DNA from: Candidatus Eiseniibacteriota bacterium
GTDB lineage: Bacteria > Eisenbacteria > RBG-16-71-46 > DASYSL01
DNA length: 40,124 nt
Direction: 5' to 3'
NCBI GenBank assembly: GCA_031431875.1
Contig: JANPEF010000002.1
Coordinates: 1 to 40,124 of the forward strand
This document shows positions 1 to 7,812 of the stretch, in pieces. The translations under genes and the position numbers were made by a program. Numbering within the stretch: the stretch's first letter is position 1; each line of letters starts with the position of its first letter. The notes beneath the pieces are model-generated. The model did not search any database, was not told where the DNA came from, and saw only the letters and a list, made by a program, of their open reading frames with translations.

Positions 1-1720
1 ACTCAAGTCCCTGCCCGGCGGCGATCGTGCCGAGTGGATCGTCCGCGTCGCCAACCGGATGCGCGCGGCCACGCTCGTCTTCCTCCTGCTCGGCATCGCG
101 CTGTGCTTCGCGTGCGGGTGGCTCGCCCGCGATCGCCGGCGTGCGATCGTCCGGATCGGGACGGCGCTCATGCTCGTCGCGGTCGCGCTCGGGGTGGTCG
201 CACGGTTCGGCGGGGACGCGCTGCAACTGCTGGCCCGCAACCAGGAGAATGCGCCGGCGCTGGCCGGGCTCGGCGGCGCGTTCCTCGGCGGTCTGATGGT
301 GTGGGCCATGGTCGTCGGTTTCACCGGGCTCATTCTCGCCGCCGCCTCGGCTTCGCTGCTCGATCGCGTGCCGCTGGCCGCCCTCGCGCAGCGGACGCGG
401 GGGTGGTGGTTCGGTCCGCAGACGCTGATGCGCCTGCGCCTCCTGCGCGGCCTGCTCGGCGCGGTGATCGGCGCACTGCTCCTGTTCTGGACGCTGCCCA
501 CGCTCACGATTGTCGGCTGGCTGGGCGGGCTCGTGATCGCGTTCGCCGGCATCCGCGAGGCGTTCGCCGCCGGGTTGCATCTTCTGCCGCACTTCGAACC
601 GAAGACGCAGGAGGAGCGGGTCGCACGACGTGGGGCCGTCAGCAGCATGGCGATCTTCGCCGTCGCCGCGGTGACGGTCGCGATCCTCGGGACGGCAGTG
701 TGGGCATTCGTGCGCTCGCACGACGAGCCGGATGCCCCGTTCGCGGTCACCGCGTTCAACGGCTTGCCCGAACTCGGGGACCGCCGGCTCGACGAGGTCG
801 TGTTCGCGACCGCACACAACGCGATGGGCAGCCCCGACACGCCCGGTTGGATGTTCCCGAACCAGAGCGCGAGCATCAGGAGCCAGCTCGAGGACGGAAT
901 CCGCGGTTTCCTGATCGACGCCACGTATGGCGCGAAGGCCGGCAACTACGTGAAGACCGAGCTCGACTCGTCGCCGGACGCGATGGCGAAGTACGAGGCT
1001 GCCGTCGGCGCGGAGGGAATGGCCGCCGCGCTCAAGATCCGCGACCGCATGGCGGGCGTCGAGGCCGGCACTCGCGACATCTACATGTGCCACGGCTTCT
1101 GCGAGCTGGGTGCGCTGCGGCTCGTGCCCGTGCTTGCCCAGGTGCGCGACTTCCTCGTGGCGAATCCGGGCGAGGTGCTGGTGTTCGTCATCCAGGACGA
1201 GGGGGTCCCGCCGCCCGAGATCGCCCGCTGCTTCGAGGAGAGCGGGCTGATCGACTTCGTCTATCGCGGACCCGCGCAGCCGCCGTGGCCGACGCTGCGC
1301 GAGATGGTCGACAGCGACCAGCGTGTTCTCGTCATGACCGAGCACGAATCGGAGGGTGTGGACTGGATCCACTCCGCCGTCGAGGTGCTGCAGGAGACGC
1401 CGTACACGTTCCACCACCATTCGCAGTTCAGCAACGTCGCGAATCGCGGCGGGACCGCGGGCTCGCTCCTGCTCATGAACCACTGGATCGAAACGACGCC
1501 CATGCCCAGGCCGAGCAATGCCGACACCGTGAATGCCCACGACTTCCTGATGGCGCGCATCAAGGCGCTGCAGAAGGAGCGCGGGAAGCTGCCGAACCTG
1601 GTCGCGGTGGACTTCTATCGCGAGGGCGACCTCGTGGGGGTGGTGCGCGAGCTGAATGCGGGCACGCCGGATCTCGCACAGGCGGCCCGTTCGCTCAGCG
1701 TGCCGCGGGAGTCGCGCTGA
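1..1720 (+). CDS. Integral membrane protein with C-terminal PI-PLC X-domain-like (PLC-like phosphodiesterase) domain; probably 5'-partial
   Basis: The frame of ORF 59..1720 is open back to base 2 (LKSLPGGDRAEWIVRVANRM...). Several hydrophobic helices are followed by motifs TAHNAM, QLEDGIRGFLID, MCHGFCELG, NPGEVL, NHWI and PNLVAVDFY, typical of PI-PLC-like TIM barrels. Confidence 0.8.
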   Translation, partial: LKSLPGGDRAEWIVRVANRMRAATLVFLLLGIALCFACGWLARDRRRAIVRIGTALMLVAVALGVVARFGGDALQLLARNQENAPALAGLGGAFLGGLMVWAMVVGFTGLILAAASASLLDRVPLAALAQRTRGWWFGPQTLMRLRLLRGLLGAVIGALLLFWTLPTLTIVGWLGGLVIAFAGIREAFAAGLHLLPHFEPKTQEERVARRGAVSSMAIFAVAAVTVAILGTAVWAFVRSHDEPDAPFAVTAFNGLPELGDRRLDEVVFATAHNAMGSPDTPGWMFPNQSASIRSQLEDGIRGFLIDATYGAKAGNYVKTELDSSPDAMAKYEAAVGAEGMAAALKIRDRMAGVEAGTRDIYMCHGFCELGALRLVPVLAQVRDFLVANPGEVLVFVIQDEGVPPPEIARCFEESGLIDFVYRGPAQPPWPTLREMVDSDQRVLVMTEHESEGVDWIHSAVEVLQETPYTFHHHSQFSNVANRGGTAGSLLLMNHWIETTPMPRPSNADTVNAHDFLMARIKALQKERGKLPNLVAVDFYREGDLVGVVRELNAGTPDLAQAARSLSVPRESR

Positions 1721-1730
1721 CGCGCGACTG

Positions 1731-2042
1731 TCATCCCTCGATCTTGTAGATCTCCCGGCGGCCGCGCTCCACGAGGTCGTGGTACCCCTTCATGATCGTC
1801 TCCATCTTCTTTGCGTCGGCTTTCTTCATGCTTCCGGCCTGCTCCATCTTCTCCCAGGCGGCGAGGTTCTTCACCTCCATCTCCATGACACACGTCCAGT
1901 AACGCTCGGAGCTCACGTCGGTGAGGACGCGCATGCGTCCCAGTTTCGACTTCTCCATGAGCTTCGCCAGTGCGCGCGCCTTCGCGACCATCGCGCGGAC
2001 CTTGCCGGGCTTGCAGAACATGAGCTCGCGAATCAGGTACAT
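1731..2042 (-). CDS. Small hypothetical protein, NIPSNAP-like/dimeric alpha-beta barrel
   Basis: 103-aa ORF with GAGGAG RBS and strong codon bias. The pattern YLIRELMFCKPGK...RVLTDVS...YWT.VMEMEV..LAAWE...GRREIYKIE resembles NIPSNAP-like proteins. Confidence 0.7.
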   Translation of the reverse strand: MYLIRELMFCKPGKVRAMVAKARALAKLMEKSKLGRMRVLTDVSSERYWTCVMEMEVKNLAAWEKMEQAGSMKKADAKKMETIMKGYHDLVERGRREIYKIEG

Positions 2043-2238
2043 GACCGCTCCTCGTGGTTCGGGTGGACGACTCGGGACCGCGACGGCGCACGGAGGCTAC
2101 TCCCGGCGGGGGCCGGGCTTCAAGGGCGGGGGCCTGTCGCCGCGGGGCCTGTCGCTCTGGAGGCGGAAACGACGCCGGCGTCGTGGTAAGCTCATGCGCA
2201 CGTTCATTGCGAGCATTCCTCGTTCGAAAGGTCCCCCA

Positions 2239-2724
2239 GTGAAAGTTGTCGGCATTGGGCTCGTCGTGGCTGCCTCGCTTGCGAGCTTCGCCCCGCGCGT
2301 CTCCGCCTACGTCAGCTTCCAGGTGACTGGCTGCGACACGGTGAGCACCGTGCCGCCGCGTTTTCGTACGACGTTCGCCGCGCAATCGTTCGCCGGTCCG
2401 GGGTTCAGCGAGATCCTCGTGCTGCCCTGGTTGCCGTCTCCGGCATCCACCGACACGACGCACATCCTCGCCTGCGGGCCGCCAACCGGGTGGAACTGCG
2501 AAACGTATCCCGGAGGGGAGGGGATCGTGTTCTGGTGGAACGGCGGATCGAAGGACCCCACAAACCGATTCTGGTTCGACAGCGATCGGCCCGTGCCGTG
2601 CGTCAGCCTGATCTTCATCAACCCGGTCGAAAACGTCGGCTGGATCGACGCGTGCCTGCGCTGCGACATGCCGGTTCCGGCAATGCGTGCGAGCTGGGGA
2701 AGCGTGAAGTCACGCTACCGCTGA
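2239..2724 (+). CDS. Secreted Cys-containing hypothetical protein with C-terminal SWGSVKSRYR motif
   Basis: GTG start at 2239 follows AAAGGT and gives a signal peptide (MKVVGIGLVVAASLASFAPRVSA). Six Cys. Ends PVPAMRASWGSVKSRYR. An alternative ATG at 2194 sits too close to a TGgTAAGCT extended -10-like element. Confidence 0.7.
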   Translation: MKVVGIGLVVAASLASFAPRVSAYVSFQVTGCDTVSTVPPRFRTTFAAQSFAGPGFSEILVLPWLPSPASTDTTHILACGPPTGWNCETYPGGEGIVFWWNGGSKDPTNRFWFDSDRPVPCVSLIFINPVENVGWIDACLRCDMPVPAMRASWGSVKSRYR

Positions 2725-2739
2725 GCCGAAGCCCATCGA

Positions 2740-3433
2740 CTAGCGCTCGAACTTCCCCACGACCTTGGCGCTCGACAGCTCGCACAGCGCGTCCTTGCCG
2801 ATCCAACGCGGTGCCGCCTCGGTCGACTCGCCCAGGCGACGCGCCAACTTGACGGCCGCGGCATGCAGCACCGCGTTCCGCCGGCCTACTCCGCGCAGGG
2901 CCCAGTTCACGCCCTTTTTCACGAAGTTGCGCTCGTCGTCCGCCGCGCGCTCGATCAGCTTCAAGCCGGCGAGAAACGGCGCGTTCGGCGACGTCTTGTC
3001 GTGCAGCGCGAGGCTCGCCAGCAGGGCAAACGCCGCGCGCTTCTCGAACTCGGCGCGCCGGGTGCTCCACTTCGTGACCATCGCCCACTCGTGGGGCGTG
3101 CGGTCCCACAGCGCGAAGCACAGCGTGTCGCAGATCGCCCAGTTGTCGAAGTCCTTGCACCAACGATCCATCTGCGCCGGCGTGACGCGCGCCGGCTCGT
3201 CGACGTAGGCCGTGAGCATGCGCGCCTCGTAGACGTCGGTCTTCCACAGGGCCAAGCGCCAGCGCGTGGTCGCGGCCCATGCCCTTGGCCAGCGCCTGGA
3301 TGTCCTTCATGGAGACGCCCAGCGCCTTGTCCGACGGGATGGCATAGTGCGCCATCCCGTCGCGCACGCCCTTCGTGCCCCGCCTGTGCAGCCATGCCAG
3401 CGCTTCGTCGACGCGGTCCTGCATCCCGTCCAT
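2740..3433 (-). pseudogene. DNA alkylation repair protein (AlkD-like, HEAT repeat), split by a frameshift near 3251-3256
   Basis: The N-terminus (MQDRVDEALAWL...ALGVSMKDIQALAK.MGRDHALAL) and the C-terminus (ALWKTDVYEARML...FDNWAICD...DERNFVKKGVNWALR) lie in different frames. Removing one base from 'ctt g gcc' joins them. Either a real lesion or a sequencing error. Confidence 0.8.
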
Positions 3434-3531
3434 GACCACAACTTGATCGACCCGTCCGAGCAGAGTCAAGCCCCGCCCGCGAGGGTCCTTCCTCGCGAAC
3501 GGGGCCGTGTTGCGGGTCGCAGCGAAGCGGC

Positions 3532-6222
3532 TCAGGCTGCCCGGACGTCCTCGTCCTCGTCGTCGGACTCGTCGCGTCCGGCGCCGCCCTCGATCAGCGT
3601 CAGCGAGTCCTGCACGTCCGAGTTCATCTTCCGCTCGTCGCGCAGGCCCTCGATCATCGCGTCGGCCTGCTTGAGCAGGAAGCGCAGCGAGCTCACCTTC
3701 TCGACCGCCTGGTCGACGAGGGCACGCTGGACCTGCAGCGTCTCGAGCCCGGCCTGGACGTCCGCGAGGAATCCCTCCGCACGGCCCAGCCGTTCCTCGG
3801 CCTTCGACATCTGCCGCTCCTTCTCGTCGAGCGAGCCCGCGAGTTCCCGCACTTCCCCGAGCCGTCCCTGGATCGAGGCGAGCAGTTCGCGGCTGTCGGC
3901 CACTTCGCGCTGCGACGACGTGATCGTGCGCACGCCCTCGCACGCGGTCTCGGCCATCGCGACCATGCGGTCGAGGTCGGCCTGCAGCGTCCGCACCGTC
4001 GCCTGCCGCGCGTTGATCTGCTCCAGCGCGCGCGTCACCTGCTGGTCGACCAGCTCCCACTTCGCCAGGCGCTGCTCGAATCCGCTGAGGCGCGTATCGA
4101 CACGGTTGAGCGTGCCGGCGCGAGTCTCGAGTTCCGAGGCGACCACGTCGAGCTCCTCCGCCCGCACACTCGCCGAGGCCAGCGTTGCGTCGAGGCGGCC
4201 GGCCAGGGCGCCGATCTCCTCGGCCGCGTCGGCCGCCTCCTGCCGCGTCGCGGTCGCCCGCGCCAGGTCCTTCGCCGCCGCGTCGAGTGCGGCCTGGCGC
4301 TGCGCGATCTCCTCGCCCAGCGCACGGGTGCGCTCGGCCAGGGCCTCGACCGACGAGCAGCGCGCCTCGATCGACTTGACCGACTTGCCGATGCTCTCGC
4401 TCTTCTGCACCGAGTCGGTGACGCTGCCGCGGACGTCGGCGATCGTGTGGCTCAGGCGCTCCGCCTCCTCGGCCTGCGCCGAGAGGTGGAGGAAGCGCTC
4501 TTCCGCGGTTGCCATGCGCGTCGACAGGTCGCGACCCTGGTGATCGAGGTCGGCCGACAGCGCCGTGACCTCGGCCAGGCGGCGGTGCATGTCCTCGAGT
4601 CCGTCGCGCCGCGCCTCGATCGTCTCGATCGACTCGGTGATGCGCAGCGCCTGCTGCTCGACGACGGCGAGCTTGGGCGTCACGCCCTCGAGGCTCGCGA
4701 AGCGGCCGCGCACCTCGACCAGCGTGTTCTCGACGTTGAGCAACCACGTCCGCGTCTCGGCCTGCCCGTTCGACATGCGCCCGATCTCGGCGTGGGCCAG
4801 GCGGGACTGCTCGATCGCGTCGTGCACCATGGCGTGCGTGCCCCGCAGCTTCTCGACGTCGGCCAGTGTCGCCTCGACCGTCGGGCGCATCTCCTCCACG
4901 CGAGCGGCGCTGTTGCCCAGCTCCTCGGCGGTGCGCGCGACCGCATCGAGATCGCGGCGTAGTGCGTGCACCTTCTTCACGTCGTCGTCGATCCGCGCCG
5001 CGTCGTTGCGCAGCGACTCGAGGCGTGGCGCCCAGCCCTGCGTCTCGGCGAGCAGTTCCTTGACGGTCGCGCTCGAATCGGCGAGACCCTTGAAGCGGCC
5101 CTCGAACTCGGTCAGCCCGCCGCGCAGGTCGGCCACGCGCTGGCTCACCGACTCGAGGCCCTTGCTCTCGAAATCGAAGCGCTCGACCGCGTTGCGCACG
5201 TCCTCGCTCGCCCCGGACATCTGCTCGCGGACCTGCGCCATCTGGTCGCCGGCGGCCCGCTGCAGGTGGCCGATGTCGGTGTTCTTGTCGAGGACTTCCT
5301 GGTGCAGGGCCTGCAGGGCGCTCACCTGGTCGGCGAGGGCGACGAGGCTGCGCTCGTTCTCCTGCTGCTGGCGCACGCCGGCATCGAGCTGGCGGATCGC
5401 ACGGTCGAGCTGCTCGGCCTGGGCGAGGGCACGATCGACCGATTCGCGCTGGGCCTCGAGCGCGGTGGTCTTCTGGCCGATCGAGTCGCTCAGCGTCTTC
5501 ACCGAGCCCACCGAGCGCTTCACCTCGGCGACGGTCTGGCGGATACCGTCCATCTCCTTGACGACGTGCTCGACATCGACGACGCGGCGCTCCTTGTCCG
5601 TGAGGTCGCGCGACAGCTCGTCGCGGCGGCGATCCAGCGCCTCCATCTTCGACATGCCCGTCTTGTGGGCGTCCATCAGGCGCTCGTGCTGCTCGCGGAT
5701 GCGGCCCAGCTGATCGCTGGTGGCCTCGATCTGGCTGCGGATCGACGCGGCCTCGCCCTCGAGCAGCTTGAACGGCTTCTCGACCTCGAGGAACGCCTCG
5801 AGCCGGTCGCGCAGGCCGTCGGCGACGTCCATCTTGGCGCCCAGCTCCTCGAACACCTCGCGCACGCGCGCCGAGTTCGCGTTGACCTCGGCGAGCTGCA
5901 ACGCGGCGGCGGCCTGCCCGGCGACCACGTCCTGAGCCTTCGCCTCCAGGTCGTCGACCGAGGAAGCGATCGACTCGACCGCCTCGAGGCGGCGCTCGGT
6001 CTCGCCCAGGCGGGCGAGCGCGGCCTCGGCGCCGGTGGTGGCCTGCGCGATCGGCTCGGTCAGCGCGCCGACGCGCTCGGCGACACTCTCGCTGCGGGCG
6101 AGCAGCTGCTCGAAGCGCTCGCATTCGGAACGCATTTCGGTGAGGACGGCGCGCACGTCGTCTGACAGCTCGCGCTCGCGGGCGCCGTTGCTGCCGAGCA
6201 GGTTCTTGAGGATCTGGGCCAT
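3532..6222 (-). CDS. 896-aa long coiled-coil protein, no recognisable ATPase head
   Basis: ATG 6222 with GGGAGG RBS (MAQILKNLLGS...). Rich in E/R/A/L with heptad character throughout, very few Pro, no Walker A, no TM segment. Acidic tail ends RAA. Confidence 0.85.
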   Translation of the reverse strand: MAQILKNLLGSNGARERELSDDVRAVLTEMRSECERFEQLLARSESVAERVGALTEPIAQATTGAEAALARLGETERRLEAVESIASSVDDLEAKAQDVVAGQAAAALQLAEVNANSARVREVFEELGAKMDVADGLRDRLEAFLEVEKPFKLLEGEAASIRSQIEATSDQLGRIREQHERLMDAHKTGMSKMEALDRRRDELSRDLTDKERRVVDVEHVVKEMDGIRQTVAEVKRSVGSVKTLSDSIGQKTTALEAQRESVDRALAQAEQLDRAIRQLDAGVRQQQENERSLVALADQVSALQALHQEVLDKNTDIGHLQRAAGDQMAQVREQMSGASEDVRNAVERFDFESKGLESVSQRVADLRGGLTEFEGRFKGLADSSATVKELLAETQGWAPRLESLRNDAARIDDDVKKVHALRRDLDAVARTAEELGNSAARVEEMRPTVEATLADVEKLRGTHAMVHDAIEQSRLAHAEIGRMSNGQAETRTWLLNVENTLVEVRGRFASLEGVTPKLAVVEQQALRITESIETIEARRDGLEDMHRRLAEVTALSADLDHQGRDLSTRMATAEERFLHLSAQAEEAERLSHTIADVRGSVTDSVQKSESIGKSVKSIEARCSSVEALAERTRALGEEIAQRQAALDAAAKDLARATATRQEAADAAEEIGALAGRLDATLASASVRAEELDVVASELETRAGTLNRVDTRLSGFEQRLAKWELVDQQVTRALEQINARQATVRTLQADLDRMVAMAETACEGVRTITSSQREVADSRELLASIQGRLGEVRELAGSLDEKERQMSKAEERLGRAEGFLADVQAGLETLQVQRALVDQAVEKVSSLRFLLKQADAMIEGLRDERKMNSDVQDSLTLIEGGAGRDESDDEDEDVRAA

Positions 6223-6307
6223 GGTTCGCTCCCTCCCTGGAGGTGGGGTGTCGTGGCGGACCGGCGCGGCCCCTCGTGGGCCGGGTGCGGTCGTCGGAAG
6301 GATGCCG

Positions 6308-6323
6308 TGCAAATTGCACGCCA
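6308..6323 (-). promoter_or_regulatory. Putative sigma54 (-24/-12) promoter for the coiled-coil gene
   Basis: Minus strand reads TGGCGTGCAATTTGCA, i.e. TGGC and TTGCA with exact GG-N10-GC spacing, about 85 nt upstream of ATG 6222. Confidence 0.6.
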
Positions 6324-6678
6324 TGTACCGCGAAGCGGGGCTTGGTTTTCTAACCGATGCAATGACAATGACTTGGCCAAGGTGGTCGGAGGCGGGACGG
6401 GGGGCCGGCAAGCCTTCCAGCGCCCAACCCGTGGGCAGACCGGCCGGACCTTGTCCACGTCGGGTCCGGACCTGGAAATTGGGCCGGAATGGTCAAGATT
6501 TCGTCCGGCAGGGGCTGCTATCCGGGAAATCGAACGAAAAGGTCCCACTTTTCATGCATCTTACCCACGTCACGTTGCACCCGCGTTTCGAGGCCCCCGA
6601 GTCCGCAGTGCGTGGACCCCTGCCGCCCGGCAGAGGGTTGCGCGCTCAGCCCGTATCGCGAGGTCAGGAGGTGTCACC

Positions 6679-7812
6679 ATGGCCAAGCGAATGGGGCTCA
6701 TGCTCCTCGTCGTCGGGCTTTTCATCGCCGGCATCGGTACCTGGAAGTTTCTGCAGATCCAAGCGGCGATCGCCGAGGGCGGCTCCTACGCCCCGCCCCC
6801 GACGACCGTCACCACGCTCGTCGCCGGCGAGGAGGAGTGGGCCTCGACCCTGACCGCGATCGGCAGCGTCGAGGCGGTCAACGGCGTGGTGGTCAGCGCC
6901 GACCTCGCCGGGGTCGTCCGCGAAATCGCGTTCCAGTCGGGCGCCCGCGTGGCGAAGGGCCAGGTCCTGGTCCGCCTCGAGTCGTCGACCGAGCGCGCCC
7001 AGCTCGCCCAGGCGCAGGCCTCGGCCGACCTGGCGAAGCTCAACCTCGAGCGCGCCGACAAGCTGATCGCGCGCGGCGTCATCGCCCAGGCGGAGCTCGA
7101 CCGCATGCGCGCCGAGGCCCGCCAGGCCGACGCCGGCGTCGACGCGGTTCGCGCGGTCCTCGATCGCAAGAACATCACGGCGCCGTTCGCGGGCGTGCTC
7201 GGCATTCGCCAGATCGACCTGGGTCAGCGGTTGAACGAAGGCGACGCGATCGTCCCGCTGCAGTCGCTCGATCCCGTCTACGTGAACTTCTCGCTGCCGC
7301 AGGGCGACGTGAACGCGCTCAAGGTCGGCGCCGTGGTGCACGTCACGTCGGACGAGTCGGCGACGACGCAGACCGGCCGCATCACCTCGATCAACTCGGT
7401 GATCGACCCCGCGACCCGCAACATCGCCGTGCAGGCCACCTTCGCCAACCGCGGCGAGGCGCTGCGACCGGGGATGTTCGTCGACGTCACCGTCGACCTG
7501 GGCTCGGCCAGCCGCTCGATCACGCTGCCGACGACGGCGATCGCCTACGCGCCGTACGGCAACTCGGTGTTCGTCGTCGAGGACCTGCCGAACCCCAAGG
7601 ACCCCAAGGGCAAGCCGTACAAGGGCGTGAGCCAGCGCTTCGTCAAGACCGGGCGCGAGCGGGGCGACCAGGTCGCCGTGCTGTCCGGTCTCAAGCCCGG
7701 CGATGAGGTGGTGACCACCGGCGCGTTCAAGCTGCGTCCGGGCGCGAGCGTCGTGGTCGACAACAAGGTCCAGCCGGGCAACGAAGCGGCGCCCAAGCCC
7801 GAGGACAACTGA
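6679..7812 (+). CDS. RND efflux periplasmic adaptor (MFP) subunit, MexH/MexV-like
   Basis: AGGAGG RBS, ATG 6679, N-terminal TM anchor. Lipoyl-type motifs (GVVREIAFQSGARVAKGQVLVRL; ITAPFAGVLG), IDPATRN, LRPGMF and GLKPGDEVVTTG. Confidence 0.93.
   Translation: MAKRMGLMLLVVGLFIAGIGTWKFLQIQAAIAEGGSYAPPPTTVTTLVAGEEEWASTLTAIGSVEAVNGVVVSADLAGVVREIAFQSGARVAKGQVLVRLESSTERAQLAQAQASADLAKLNLERADKLIARGVIAQAELDRMRAEARQADAGVDAVRAVLDRKNITAPFAGVLGIRQIDLGQRLNEGDAIVPLQSLDPVYVNFSLPQGDVNALKVGAVVHVTSDESATTQTGRITSINSVIDPATRNIAVQATFANRGEALRPGMFVDVTVDLGSASRSITLPTTAIAYAPYGNSVFVVEDLPNPKDPKGKPYKGVSQRFVKTGRERGDQVAVLSGLKPGDEVVTTGAFKLRPGASVVVDNKVQPGNEAAPKPEDN

Noticed and set aside
3532..6222. Annotation as SMC/SbcC or methyl-accepting chemotaxis protein
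   Set aside because: No Walker A/B, signature or hinge motifs, and no MCP hairpin motif (e.g. LLALNAAIEAARAGE).
2618..6319. 1233-aa minus-strand ORF
   Set aside because: Mostly an Arg/Gly/Pro-rich off-frame shadow of the coiled-coil gene. Only about 3255-3433 is real (the AlkD N-terminus).
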